A stretch of 64,000 nt of DNA, taken from positions 307,026 through 371,025 of the forward strand of contig JAZJYZ010000001.1 in assembly GCA_040390125.1 (NCBI GenBank), read 5' to 3'. The translations under genes were made by a program, and so were the position numbers. Of the stretch, positions 1 through 8,733 are shown piece after piece; within the stretch, counting starts at the first letter, position 1; each line of letters begins with the position of its first letter. The notes below the pieces were generated by a model that had not been told where the DNA came from, did not search any database, and saw only the letters and a program-made list of their open reading frames with translations. Source of the DNA: Patescibacteria group bacterium. Lineage in GTDB: Bacteria; Patescibacteriota; Minisyncoccia; Phycocordibacterales; Phycocordibacteraceae.

Positions 1-357
1 GAGAATGTCTCGAATGCACGTGCAAAAGCGATGGGTGCATCATCCGTTTCGGATCACGCACAGGCAGAAAACATGCTCACAGGAGCCTTGAAGAGTATCT
101 TCGCAATCGCAGAAGCGTATCCAGATTTGAAAGCCAATCAAAACTTCTTGGAACTTCAGCGTGAACTTTCTGACACTGAAAATAAAGTCATGGCATCTCG
201 TCGTTTCTACAATGCGAATGTTATGAGTCTCAACACTGCAATAGAGCAATTCCCAGGCAATCTCATTGCAGGTCCTTTCAAGTTTACCCAAATGGAACTC
301 TTCGAGCTCGCCGAAGGCGAGCAAGCTGCCCGCCAGCCTGTCGCAGTAAAGTTCTAA
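1..357 (+). CDS. lemA: LemA family protein (5'-truncated by window)
   Basis: AEAYPDLKANQNFLELQRELSDTENK...RRFYN...FPGNLIA motif; adjacent to htpX. Confidence 0.95.
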   Translation, partial: ENVSNARAKAMGASSVSDHAQAENMLTGALKSIFAIAEAYPDLKANQNFLELQRELSDTENKVMASRRFYNANVMSLNTAIEQFPGNLIAGPFKFTQMELFELAEGEQAARQPVAVKF

Positions 358-441
358 AGAGCAGGTTTCGGCTTTCGGCTTTCGGCTTTCGGCTTTTCAG
401 AAAGCTAGAACCTAGAACCTGAAAGCTGTAAGCTAATTAGT

Positions 442-1329
442 ATGTCCACCCTCTACCAAGATCAAGCATCGAATATCCGAAAGACATGGCTTCTCATGGG
501 TGTTTTCCTTATAGCCGTAATCGGCATCGGTTGGGGAGTTTCTTGGTATTACGACTCGCCAGCGATTCTCTACGTGGCGGTGGCTTTCTCGATTGTGATG
601 AACGTCGGTTCCTACTGGTTTTCGGATCGTGTAGTGCTCTCGATGACGCATGCAAAACCCGCTACTCGTGAGGAATTTTTTGACTTCTATACCGTTACCG
701 AGAATCTTGCCATCACGGCAGGGCTTCCATCGCCAAAACTGTACGTTATCAACGACCCCGCACCGAATGCTTTTGCAACCGGCAGGAACGAAAAGCATGC
801 CGTCGTCGCTGCGACGACGGGGCTGCTCTCGATGCTCACCCGTGCCGAGCTTGAGGGCGTCATCGGCCACGAGCTTTCTCACATTAAAAATAAAGACATG
901 CTTCTTATGACCGTGACGGTGGTCTTGGCTGGCTTTATTGCCATTCTCGCTGACATGTTTATACGGATGTCGTTTTTTGGTGGAGGGAATCGTGATAACG
1001 ACAGCAAGGCAGGAGTTATTATGGCGATCATCGGCATCGTTGCCGTGATTTTGGCTCCGATTGCAGCACAGCTCATCAAGATGGCGGTGTCGAGGAAGCG
1101 TGAGTTTCTTGCGGATGCATCTGGTGCACTTCTTACTCGCTACCCCGAAGGCTTAGCTTCAGCACTTCAGAAAATTAGCTCCTACGGTGCTCCAATGCGA
1201 AACGCAAATACGGCAACAGCACATCTTTTTATCGCAAACCCATTTGGTGCAGGTGCAATGAAAGGCGTTACCAAATTGTTTATGACGCACCCACCAGTAG
1301 AAGAGCGAATCAAGGCACTTCTCGATTGA
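442..1329 (+). CDS. htpX: Zinc metalloprotease HtpX (M48)
   Basis: PNAFATG, HELSH zinc motif, REFLAD, THPP. Confidence 0.95.
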   Translation: MSTLYQDQASNIRKTWLLMGVFLIAVIGIGWGVSWYYDSPAILYVAVAFSIVMNVGSYWFSDRVVLSMTHAKPATREEFFDFYTVTENLAITAGLPSPKLYVINDPAPNAFATGRNEKHAVVAATTGLLSMLTRAELEGVIGHELSHIKNKDMLLMTVTVVLAGFIAILADMFIRMSFFGGGNRDNDSKAGVIMAIIGIVAVILAPIAAQLIKMAVSRKREFLADASGALLTRYPEGLASALQKISSYGAPMRNANTATAHLFIANPFGAGAMKGVTKLFMTHPPVEERIKALLD

Positions 1330-1463
1330 GTTCCTTGATACCGTTTAGAGTTTTAAATTGTGCAACACCTAGGTGTTGCACAGAAAGGGAGTTGATACAA
1401 AAAATACCCCTATGGGGCTTTGGTGCATACGAAAGGTGACCCTAAGGCTTTACTGCCTATAGG

Positions 1464-1598
1464 TTAAAAACCTACTAATTTTTTTAAAAGCTCTACAGCC
1501 ACCCCGGCTCCGATGTTGAGTCCCAGACTTTCTAGAATCGCACCGACTCCAGCGACTCCGACTGCACCCGCTGCCAATTTTTCTTTTTCAAATGCCAT
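1464..1598 (-). CDS. Small Gly/Ala/Val-rich hydrophobic peptide, 44 aa (MAFEKEKLAAGAVGVAGVGAILESLGLNIGAGVAVELLKKLVGF)
   Basis: Hand-translated ORF below the track cutoff; shares upstream leader with 1757..1912. Confidence 0.55.
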   Translation of the reverse strand: MAFEKEKLAAGAVGVAGVGAILESLGLNIGAGVAVELLKKLVGF

Positions 1599-1756
1599 AG
1601 AGGTGAAAAATGAGCGTTAATAAAGTTCGACCCTTCACTCATTAAACTTCTATGAAGACAGGGAAGTTTCTTTTCTAAAATAAAAAATTCCCAGTCGGGA
1701 ACGTTAGTTGCACACACAACAAGCGAGTGCACCCGCTTGTTGTGCTGGATCGGTAG

Positions 1757-1912
1757 CTATGATCCGTGCTTCTCTCCGCCTATGAAACCGGAGGCGAAAG
1801 GAGCAATAGTCCAATGACCTGCTGTCTTTCCTCCCTCTGTGCTCCTACCGCTTGCGTATCCAAGACCACTTCGAACGCCCACTTCGCTCAAACTTCTTTC
1901 AAAGGATGCCAT
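1757..1912 (-). CDS. Small Gly/Ser-rich peptide, 51 aa (MASFERSLSEVGVRSGLGYASGRSTEGGKTAGHWTIAPFASGFIGGEKHGS)
   Basis: Hand-translated; duplicated leader; followed by a hairpin at about 1712-1745. Confidence 0.5.
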   Translation of the reverse strand: MASFERSLSEVGVRSGLGYASGRSTEGGKTAGHWTIAPFASGFIGGEKHGS

Positions 1913-1994
1913 AGGGTTTTAAAATTTATTTTTTTATAAAATTTCGACCTTTCCATTATTAAACTTCTATGAAGCTCCATAGGTTACGAAAACG

Positions 1995-2201
1995 TTACCC
2001 GAAGGCAAGGTTAGGCTCCGTATTCTGCGGAAGTAAAGTTTCTTCTAGCCGTTCTTCTATTTCTCGAATCACCTCGTGTGCAACTCGTATTTCTACAACT
2101 AGCTTTCTAAAAACTACTTTTCCTTTTTCTGCAAGTTTGCGAGCTTTAGCTGTTGCTCGTCCTTCAGGTTTTTTCCTCAGCTCATGTCGCAGTAATCCCA
2201 T
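1995..2201 (-). CDS. Hypothetical protein, possibly the C-terminal part of a frameshifted gene starting at 2377
   Basis: ORF track; basic/coiled-coil composition. Confidence 0.4.
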   Translation of the reverse strand: MGLLRHELRKKPEGRATAKARKLAEKGKVVFRKLVVEIRVAHEVIREIEERLEETLLPQNTEPNLAFG

Positions 2202-2480
2202 AGGAATGCAGATGCCTTTTACTATCCATCGCTTCGTTTTTTTGCTCGCTGTACTTCACCTAAAAAACCTATAGCGTCACTTCTGTGTCTTCTTGCGATG
2301 CTTTCTGATCGCCCAAGAATGTTGGCCGCTTCGCTGATTAGCGCTCGAACACGTCTCTTGTCTGCACCTCCTTCCATATGTACGTATTTTTTAAGCTAAT
2401 AAAACGATCTCTCTCTCGCTTATATAACTTTAGTAAAAGCATCACGGTTTCAAATATGTTATATAGAAGAACACGAGCTA

Positions 2481-2565
2481 GGAGGCGTCGGATAGCGGTT
2501 TATTCCACCACCTTGGAAAGGTGGCGTACCGAAAGGTACCGAGAGTTCGAATCTCTCCGCCTCCG
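2481..2565 (+). tRNA. tRNA-Ser(GGA)
   Basis: Cloverleaf GGAGGCG/CGCCTCC, anticodon arm ccacc-TT-GGA-AA-ggtgg, long variable arm, GTTCGAATC. Confidence 0.95.
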
Positions 2566-2743
2566 CAAAATAATGAGCCAAATGTGTGGACATTGGGCAA
2601 TTATATTTTTGCGAGAAGGCGGAGAGATTCGAATGGGAGTGCCGCAGTTTCCGCCGAGCACGGCGGACGGCACGAGCGTGGTCAGGCGGAGAGAGGAGCT
2701 GGCGACGAACGAGCGCTTGACCGAATCTCTCCGCCTCCGCAAA
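2566..2743 (+). repeat. tRNA-3'-associated element (antisense and sense copy of the tRNA-Ser 3' end)
   Basis: Antisense copy 2611-2633; TGACC 2718-2722; exact sense copy GAATCTCTCCGCCTCCGC 2723-2740. Confidence 0.85.
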
Positions 2744-2745
2744 GT

Positions 2746-2775
2746 AAAAACCGCCCTGCATGCAGGGCGGTTTTT
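2746..2775. terminator. Bidirectional intrinsic terminator
   Basis: aaaaaccgccctgca/tgcagggcggttttt inverted repeat. Confidence 0.75.
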
Positions 2776-2794
2776 ACTTAAGGCACCGAGGGAG

Positions 2795-2962
2795 CTAGCC
2801 CAAAGCCTGCATGACGATCCAGAATGCTCCAGCCGTCAGTACAAACCATACGCCGAGACCAACAGGGGAGCCCCACGAAAACCAGGAGCCCCAACTTCGC
2901 CAATTGCGCATATGGTCGCGCATGAAGTCTTTTTCCTCGTCAGAATTCATTGATTCAACCAT
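2795..2962 (-). CDS. Small Trp-rich membrane protein, 55 aa (MVESMNSDEEKDFMRDHMRNWRSWGSWFSWGSPVGLGVWFVLTAGAFWIVMQALG)
   Basis: Hand-translated; one C-terminal TM segment; ends just before the terminator. Confidence 0.6.
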   Translation of the reverse strand: MVESMNSDEEKDFMRDHMRNWRSWGSWFSWGSPVGLGVWFVLTAGAFWIVMQALG

Positions 2963-3134
2963 AGAATTTGTTGATTAATAATGTGTACATTCGACCAGCT
3001 CTTTTGCGGGCAACCATCGCTCCTTGATGCAGGCCGAGCGGGCGTGCGGAGACAGTAAAGATGGGTTTATCGCTGATATTTAGTATACAACATTGTCGCT
3101 TTTCGAAAAATAACCCCTGCGGTATAATTGCATT

Positions 3135-3575
3135 ATGGCAATAATCAATCCTCATATTAACTTCAACGGCAATGCTGAAGAAGCATTCAATTTTTATAAA
3201 TCAGTCTTTGGGGGAGCGTTTGCAAATATTACACGCTTCAAAGACTTATCTAGTCCTGAATTCCCGGTAGCCGAAAGCGAGGCAAATAAAATAATGCACA
3301 TTGCTCTGCCAATCTATAAAAGTCATGTGCTAATGGGCAATGACGTTCCAGAAAGCATGGGGCGAACAAATGAAAACGAAAACAGATCTAAAATAATTAT
3401 TAGTGCAGAGAGTCGTGAAGAAGCCAGTAAATTATTCAACGGTCTTTCTGAGGGCGGAAAAATTGAAATGCCAATGGCTGACAGTCCTTGGGGTTCCTAT
3501 TTTGGAATGTTTAGAGACAAATATGGTATTGAATGGATGGTAGATTTTGATCCAAAATATAACGGGCAAAAGTAA
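3135..3575 (+). CDS. VOC/PhnB-family glyoxalase-like protein
   Basis: NGNAEEAFNFYKSVFGG, IMHIAL, FGMFRDKYGIEWMV. Confidence 0.9.
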   Translation: MAIINPHINFNGNAEEAFNFYKSVFGGAFANITRFKDLSSPEFPVAESEANKIMHIALPIYKSHVLMGNDVPESMGRTNENENRSKIIISAESREEASKLFNGLSEGGKIEMPMADSPWGSYFGMFRDKYGIEWMVDFDPKYNGQK

Positions 3576-3595
3576 ACTACTGAGGGGTTAGTTTT

Positions 3596-3799
3596 TTATT
3601 TCTTGTACTCCAAAATATCTCCCGGCTGACACTCCAATGCTTTGCAAATCGCTTCAAGCGTAGACAGTCGGACAGCTCTAGCTTTCCCGTTTTTCAAGAC
3701 GGAAATGTTGGCCATAGTGATGCCGACTTTCTCGGCAAGCTCGGTGACGCTCATTTTCCGCTTCGCCAGCATCACGTCGATGTTAATGATGATTGCCAT
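3596..3799 (-). CDS. Cro/C1-type HTH regulator (YozG-like)
   Basis: DVMLAKRKMSVTELA...CQPGDILEY; typical partner of DUF2975. Confidence 0.9.
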   Translation of the reverse strand: MAIIINIDVMLAKRKMSVTELAEKVGITMANISVLKNGKARAVRLSTLEAICKALECQPGDILEYKK

Positions 3800-3804
3800 G
3801 ATGG

Positions 3805-4305
3805 TTAGACAGTTAAGTCGTTCTCGGCTTTTATATCCACTGCACTCTGCAAGATCCTCTCAAACATCGCCGCCGCCGCGGCAATGATTATAGAAGCGAA
3901 AATAATAAAAACACCTACCGCAACACCACCTGCCGCATCATCATTCCCATGGTTGAGCATTATGAAAATTTCTCCCCCCACAACAAAAGCAATAATGACT
4001 GTCGCGCAGTATTTTATAGTGCGGATAGTTTTCACAGCTTCTGATGAGAATATCTTATTTTGTCTGACGTATCCCAACACTTTAAATGCCCCATACAGTG
4101 CAAGAAATAATGGGATGGACGCAATATACGCATACACCAAGAATGGATCGTCGAAGTAAATTTCAAAAACGCTAGTGGCGTTCGCGTTGACACCCTCGAT
4201 GTGAGGTTCCCATAAGAGGAGAGCAAGAGCGCCGACGCCCAAAGCCACAATGACTACCTGAAGAAATATTGTCGAACCCTTTTTCATATGATTTAACGAA
4301 ATCAT
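3805..4305 (-). CDS. DUF2975 membrane protein (true start probably 4287)
   Basis: 4 TM segments, C-terminal AVDIKAENDLTV. Confidence 0.85.
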   Translation of the reverse strand: MISLNHMKKGSTIFLQVVIVALGVGALALLLWEPHIEGVNANATSVFEIYFDDPFLVYAYIASIPLFLALYGAFKVLGYVRQNKIFSSEAVKTIRTIKYCATVIIAFVVGGEIFIMLNHGNDDAAGGVAVGVFIIFASIIIAAAAAMFERILQSAVDIKAENDLTV

Positions 4306-4480
4306 GTCGGTGCAACTGATCCTACGGGATCATGTCGCGTATCGTCCCTAAGACGCGACGCGAGCACCGACTGCTATTAATTATTCATAACCCCATCCTA
4401 ATTTAGGGTTTATCGTTTGTCAATATATATTTATCGTTATTTTTAACCTATATTCAGTGATGTTGGAGTGACGTCGAGAG

Positions 4481-5149
4481 CTAAATTTCTGCCATGTGCT
4501 CAGAATCACTCGCAAGGAGATCACGGTAAAAGTCGAACAATCGTTGTGTCTTAGCGTCTACTCGTATTTCCAGATTATGATTGAAATCGCTATGTTGTAA
4601 TCCGGGTATGTTGATATTTTGGGCATGAGGCACTCGGGTACGGCCTAGTCCTGCATACAGCATCACATTTGCCAGTCGCTGGTAGCTATCAGCGTCGGAG
4701 AAAACATTTATTACTCGAACAGAAGGTGGCACTTTTCTTTCGAATCTGAAATGCGGTGTTGCCACATACACGAGTAATTTTATAGGCAGGTGTGTATTTT
4801 GAGCCACTTTTGCGGCAACGGCTCCCCCGAGGCTTTTCGTGAATAAGAATATTTCTCGATCCGTATAGTGTAAGAGAACCCGTTCAAGTTCCTGTGCGGC
4901 TGTATGTATCGCAAATGGCGAGATACCGCCTGACCAATGGAACACCAAGGTTTCGGCGGGGATAGCCCTAAAACTCGTCTCCAGTGCTGGTAACCATGCA
5001 TCTTCTTCTACCTCTACTCCAAAGTGGGAATAGAATTTTTCTAATACCGCACTCAGTACAGGTATGCGACTTAACTTAGTCTTAGATCCAGGGACGATGA
5101 TTATGAGTTTTTTATTTGGCATGATCTGACTTGATTGTAGCAAGTGCAC
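4481..5149 (-). CDS. Alpha/beta-hydrolase-fold protein
   Basis: FHWSGG, KSLGG nucleophile elbow, ATPH, C-terminal His. Confidence 0.6.
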   Translation of the reverse strand: MHLLQSSQIMPNKKLIIIVPGSKTKLSRIPVLSAVLEKFYSHFGVEVEEDAWLPALETSFRAIPAETLVFHWSGGISPFAIHTAAQELERVLLHYTDREIFLFTKSLGGAVAAKVAQNTHLPIKLLVYVATPHFRFERKVPPSVRVINVFSDADSYQRLANVMLYAGLGRTRVPHAQNINIPGLQHSDFNHNLEIRVDAKTQRLFDFYRDLLASDSEHMAEI

Positions 5150-5249
5150 CCGTATTTAGATTTGGGTATGACCATATCGATGTCTCGCTCGCTCAGAATC
5201 CGCATCAAAAAACAGTGCCCTAATGTGTCGAGCTTGATAGGCTGTATGT

Positions 5250-6389
5250 ATGGGCTTATTTAGCCGGCACCTTGCGAGTCATTTTTTTGGTCTTGCTGGA
5301 GCGCTATTTGTAAATCGTAGCGAGTCGAAGGTATTACCCTACACGTTACCGCCAATTTTAGGTTCGATAACGGAGGAAGAAGTGCGTGCATTGTTTCAGT
5401 ACGAAGTGTATGGGGTAATGCCGGAAACATTGCCGGATATGAGTGCAGGAGTTGTTGAGGAAGGGGAAGCTTTTAATGGCACTGCGAGCAGAAAACAAAT
5501 AGCCCTGACTTTATCTCGAGGCGGTAGGTCGGCGACACTTAATCTTCTCATTTACATACCTAAAGGGATGAAATCCTATCCGGCAATTCTCGCTTCGAAC
5601 TTTGATGGAAACTATTCCGTTTCTTCTGACGGAGCGGTGCTCGCGACACCGGTGTGGTCGAGGCGTTTCGCCGGGACGAAACGAGTGTTTCATGAAAGGA
5701 ACAGAAACAAACACGCAAATCGACTACCGGTTGAGGTCATATTGGAGCAGGGATATGCAGTGGTGACATTTTGTTATGGCGACGCAGATCCTGATTATGA
5801 TGATGGTTTTAAAAACGGAGTACATGCACTCTATCCAGAGCTCCAAAGTAGGGAAGATAATTGGGCGTCTGTAGGAGCCTGGGCGTGGAGTTTTTCTCGT
5901 GTGCTCGATTTTTTACAAACCGAAAAAGAAATTGATGCAAATCGAGTAGCGCTATACGGATTTTCGCGTCTTGGAAAAGCATCTCTGTGGGCGGGAGCAT
6001 GTGATTCAAGATTTGGGGCAATCCTATGTGAAGGGTCAGGTAAGGGAGGTGTGTCGCTTTCACGTCGAAATTTTGGTGAATCGCTACACCTTATCAATCT
6101 TCGTTTTCCGCACTGGTTTTCTAAGTCTTTCCACGGGTATGCACAAAGACCACAGAAACTTTTGGTAGATCAGCATATGCTCATGGCACTCATGGCACCT
6201 CGTCCGCTTCTTGTATCAGTTGGAAAAGATGACTGGTGGTCAGACCCTGAGGGTACGAAGCTCGCACTTCAAGCGGTTGAGGAGAAAGCAGGAAAGAGCA
6301 CATACCTCTATGAGCATGAAGGTACACATGAGCCTCGTCTGGTTGATTGGGGTCGGTATCTTGATTTTCTTGATGCCGAGATGTCTTAG
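5250..6389 (+). CDS. CE15 glucuronoyl-esterase-like hydrolase
   Basis: GAWAWSFSRVLD, GFSRLGK catalytic motif, DQHMLMALMAPRP, DWWSDPEG. Confidence 0.8.
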   Translation: MGLFSRHLASHFFGLAGALFVNRSESKVLPYTLPPILGSITEEEVRALFQYEVYGVMPETLPDMSAGVVEEGEAFNGTASRKQIALTLSRGGRSATLNLLIYIPKGMKSYPAILASNFDGNYSVSSDGAVLATPVWSRRFAGTKRVFHERNRNKHANRLPVEVILEQGYAVVTFCYGDADPDYDDGFKNGVHALYPELQSREDNWASVGAWAWSFSRVLDFLQTEKEIDANRVALYGFSRLGKASLWAGACDSRFGAILCEGSGKGGVSLSRRNFGESLHLINLRFPHWFSKSFHGYAQRPQKLLVDQHMLMALMAPRPLLVSVGKDDWWSDPEGTKLALQAVEEKAGKSTYLYEHEGTHEPRLVDWGRYLDFLDAEMS

Positions 6390-6517
6390 GTCAACAGCTG
6401 AACGGCGAGCACCACTAGTGCAACGACGAGAAGCGTATGAATAAAGCTACCTCCTACTTTAAAACTAAATCCAAAAAGCCAGAGGATAATTAATATAGCA
6501 GTAATGGTCCAGAGCAT
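6386..6517 (-). CDS. lmo0937-family small membrane protein, 43 aa (MLWTITAILIILWLFGFSFKVGGSFIHTLLVVALVVLAVQLLT)
   Basis: Hand-translated; MLW...LWLxG...GGxIHxLLVxA pattern. Confidence 0.8.
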   Translation of the reverse strand: MLWTITAILIILWLFGFSFKVGGSFIHTLLVVALVVLAVQLLT

Positions 6518-6569
6518 AGTTTTAGAATAATTATTATAACGTTATGTAAATTCCGTACGCTTTTTATTT

Positions 6570-7073
6570 TTATACAAAAAGTTTAAGTTTCTCGATTCCT
6601 CGATGTACTTGTACGGCAATAGTGTTTCTTGTCTGTCCCGTGAGATCTGAAATTTCTTTTAGCGACAGATCTTGTATGTAACGCATGCGAAGGATATTTC
6701 GGTAGGGTAGTGGAAGGCGTTGAATTAAAAGCAGTGCGGATTGTCCATCCAGAGCGTTCTGCATGTGCTCGGAGTCACCAGCACTTGGCTCGAACCCTTT
6801 TTCTAAAATAGCATCCAGAGATGTTGATTTGCGTTTTCGATATTCGTCAATGATTAAGTTATTGAGAATGTGATAAAGAAACGCCTTCATCACTTCAATG
6901 TTTCCACCCTTCACGAGATACTTCCATGTTTTCATAAAGGTGTCCTGCACTAAGTCTTGGCTCACTGCATGATCGCCTACTTTAAAAAATGCATGCGATG
7001 TAAGCCCCTTTTCGTAGTCGTGATGAGCAAGAGCGAGTGTCGCTTGCTGTGTTTGTTGTTTTAAGGTCATCAT
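6570..7073 (-). CDS. ECF sigma-70 factor
   Basis: DLVQDTFMKTW region 2; LSLKEISDLTG...VQVHRG region 4. Confidence 0.9.
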   Translation of the reverse strand: MMTLKQQTQQATLALAHHDYEKGLTSHAFFKVGDHAVSQDLVQDTFMKTWKYLVKGGNIEVMKAFLYHILNNLIIDEYRKRKSTSLDAILEKGFEPSAGDSEHMQNALDGQSALLLIQRLPLPYRNILRMRYIQDLSLKEISDLTGQTRNTIAVQVHRGIEKLKLFV

Positions 7074-7285
7074 ACGTGAAATAAAACCGATAACTTTTCT
7101 TTCGTATTTTTATAAAAACAGTAACGACGACACCCTACAGATTTTCTGTGATGTCTTCGTAACTGTATGCATTACATCAGTCTTACGGTGAAGTTAGCAT
7201 GAAGCACATAATGCTGTGTCTACTTGGACAAAAGAGTCAGGTATCATGCGTCCAATTGCAATAATTCAATAGCCAGATCGGCTGT

Positions 7286-7867
7286 ATGATTATGAAAAGA
7301 AAAAATACTTCGAAGCAAGCTCTTCAATCAGAAGCAGGTTTTGTGAATACGGTATGGGAAAGTAGCTGGATCTATATCAAAGCTGTTGTTGATGTCGTAC
7401 GAGAGCCCGTATTAATTCTTGATACAGAGTTTCGAGTAATGACTGCAAATGAGTCTTTCTATCGAATGTTTCAGGTTGAACGAAGCGACACTGAAGGCAG
7501 GATCGTCTATGAACTTGGAAACGGCCAATGGAATATTCCCGCACTCCGTAAATTACTTGAGGATATCTTACCGCACAACACCTTTTTTAAAGGTTTTGAA
7601 GTTGTGCATGATTTTCCTTTCATCGGGCGCAAGATACTGATGCTGAATGCCCGTGAGATACATTCGACAGAAGATATAACAATAGGAACATTTCCTCCAA
7701 TCATATTGTTAGCTATGGAAGACGTGACAGAAATTATGGTGGTTGCCGAAACGTTTGCAAATCACGCCAATCAGGTTGGAGTAAAACTCACAGAACGTAC
7801 CGAAAGGCTGGAAGTTCATATTAGAAAGTTAGAAGCAGAGATTAGCGAGCTTAAAGCCCAGCTCTGA
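7286..7867 (+). CDS. Stand-alone PAS-domain protein with C-terminal coiled coil
   Basis: VREPVLILD...ANESFY...LGNGQWNIPALRKLLE, resembling CheR/kinase-associated PAS domains. Confidence 0.8.
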   Translation: MIMKRKNTSKQALQSEAGFVNTVWESSWIYIKAVVDVVREPVLILDTEFRVMTANESFYRMFQVERSDTEGRIVYELGNGQWNIPALRKLLEDILPHNTFFKGFEVVHDFPFIGRKILMLNAREIHSTEDITIGTFPPIILLAMEDVTEIMVVAETFANHANQVGVKLTERTERLEVHIRKLEAEISELKAQL

Positions 7868-7957
7868 TAATGACTATTTGTATGGATCTGTAATGGAGGT
7901 ATCACTGTAACGTCTTGGTCTGCAGGCAGGTTTATTTTTTAAAAAAGTACGAGCTAT

Positions 7958-8317
7958 ATGGATTCATTTAATTCTGCAACAACTAAACCACTCTATCGAG
8001 GCACCCAGATTGTTTGGTACGTTCTTGGTCTCGTAGAAGTATTGTTGCTTTTTCGATTTGTACTAAAGCTACTCGGTGCAAACGTGGGCGCCGGATTTAC
8101 CAGCTTCATCTATGGAGTCACGAATGTTTTGGTGGCACCATTCCTTAGTGTATTTCGCATTATTTACGTTGAAGGAAGTATTTTCGAATGGACTACGCTT
8201 CTTGCGATGCTCGTGTATTGGATTATTGCTATAGGTATTATAAAATTGTTCTTGATGGGTAAAACCGTTTCTACTCCTGAGGCTGCGGTCAAATTAGACC
8301 AACAGGAGAGTAAGTAG
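7958..8317 (+). CDS. YggT-like membrane protein
   Basis: LLFRFVLKLLGAN...LVAPF. Confidence 0.7.
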   Translation: MDSFNSATTKPLYRGTQIVWYVLGLVEVLLLFRFVLKLLGANVGAGFTSFIYGVTNVLVAPFLSVFRIIYVEGSIFEWTTLLAMLVYWIIAIGIIKLFLMGKTVSTPEAAVKLDQQESK

Positions 8318-8353
8318 TCATTATTATTTAAAGTTTCTTCGCTAAAAACGCTT

Positions 8354-8605
8354 ATGGGAATCATTCTTTGGATTATCTTTGGTGCATTGGTGGGCTGGAT
8401 AGCCTCTCTTATTATGAAAACTGATGGGCAACAGGGTGCGGTGCTTAACATCGTAGTTGGGATTGTAGGGGCTGTCATTGGGGGCTGGCTTGTTAGCTTC
8501 TTTGGGGGGAGCAGTATAACTGGCTTCAATCTGTACAGTTTTGTTGTTGCTCTTCTTGGTGCAGTGGTATTTATTGCTATCGTCAAATTTCTACGACGTG
8601 CGTAA
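8354..8605 (+). CDS. GlsB/YeaQ/YmgE transglycosylase-associated protein
   Basis: [13 protein letters not shown]...[13 protein letters not shown]. Confidence 0.9.
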   Translation: MGIILWIIFGALVGWIASLIMKTDGQQGAVLNIVVGIVGAVIGGWLVSFFGGSSITGFNLYSFVVALLGAVVFIAIVKFLRRA

Positions 8606-8733
8606 AGTAGGGTAAGGCCTACAGTCGAAATTCCAGAGTTTAGGTGAGCAGTGACGTTTTGAGATGGGTTCCGTAAGGAGTACCATATCCTAGGGAATAG
8701 GGTTATTACGTTACTACTATTTTTCTTATTTAT

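Noticed and set aside
2481-2743. Prophage or genomic island attL/attR
   Set aside because: The direct repeats are only about 175 bp apart and no integrase is present; treated as a miniature element instead.
2378-2953. 191-aa ORF and overlapping ORFs with a repeated ESLRLRK / RRRRDS peptide
   Set aside because: They overlap tRNA-Ser and its duplicated 3' end; the peptide repeat is just the DNA repeat read through.
2997-3060. Possible riboswitch in a GC-rich intergenic stretch
   Set aside because: No recognisable riboswitch consensus; an Rfam search would be needed.
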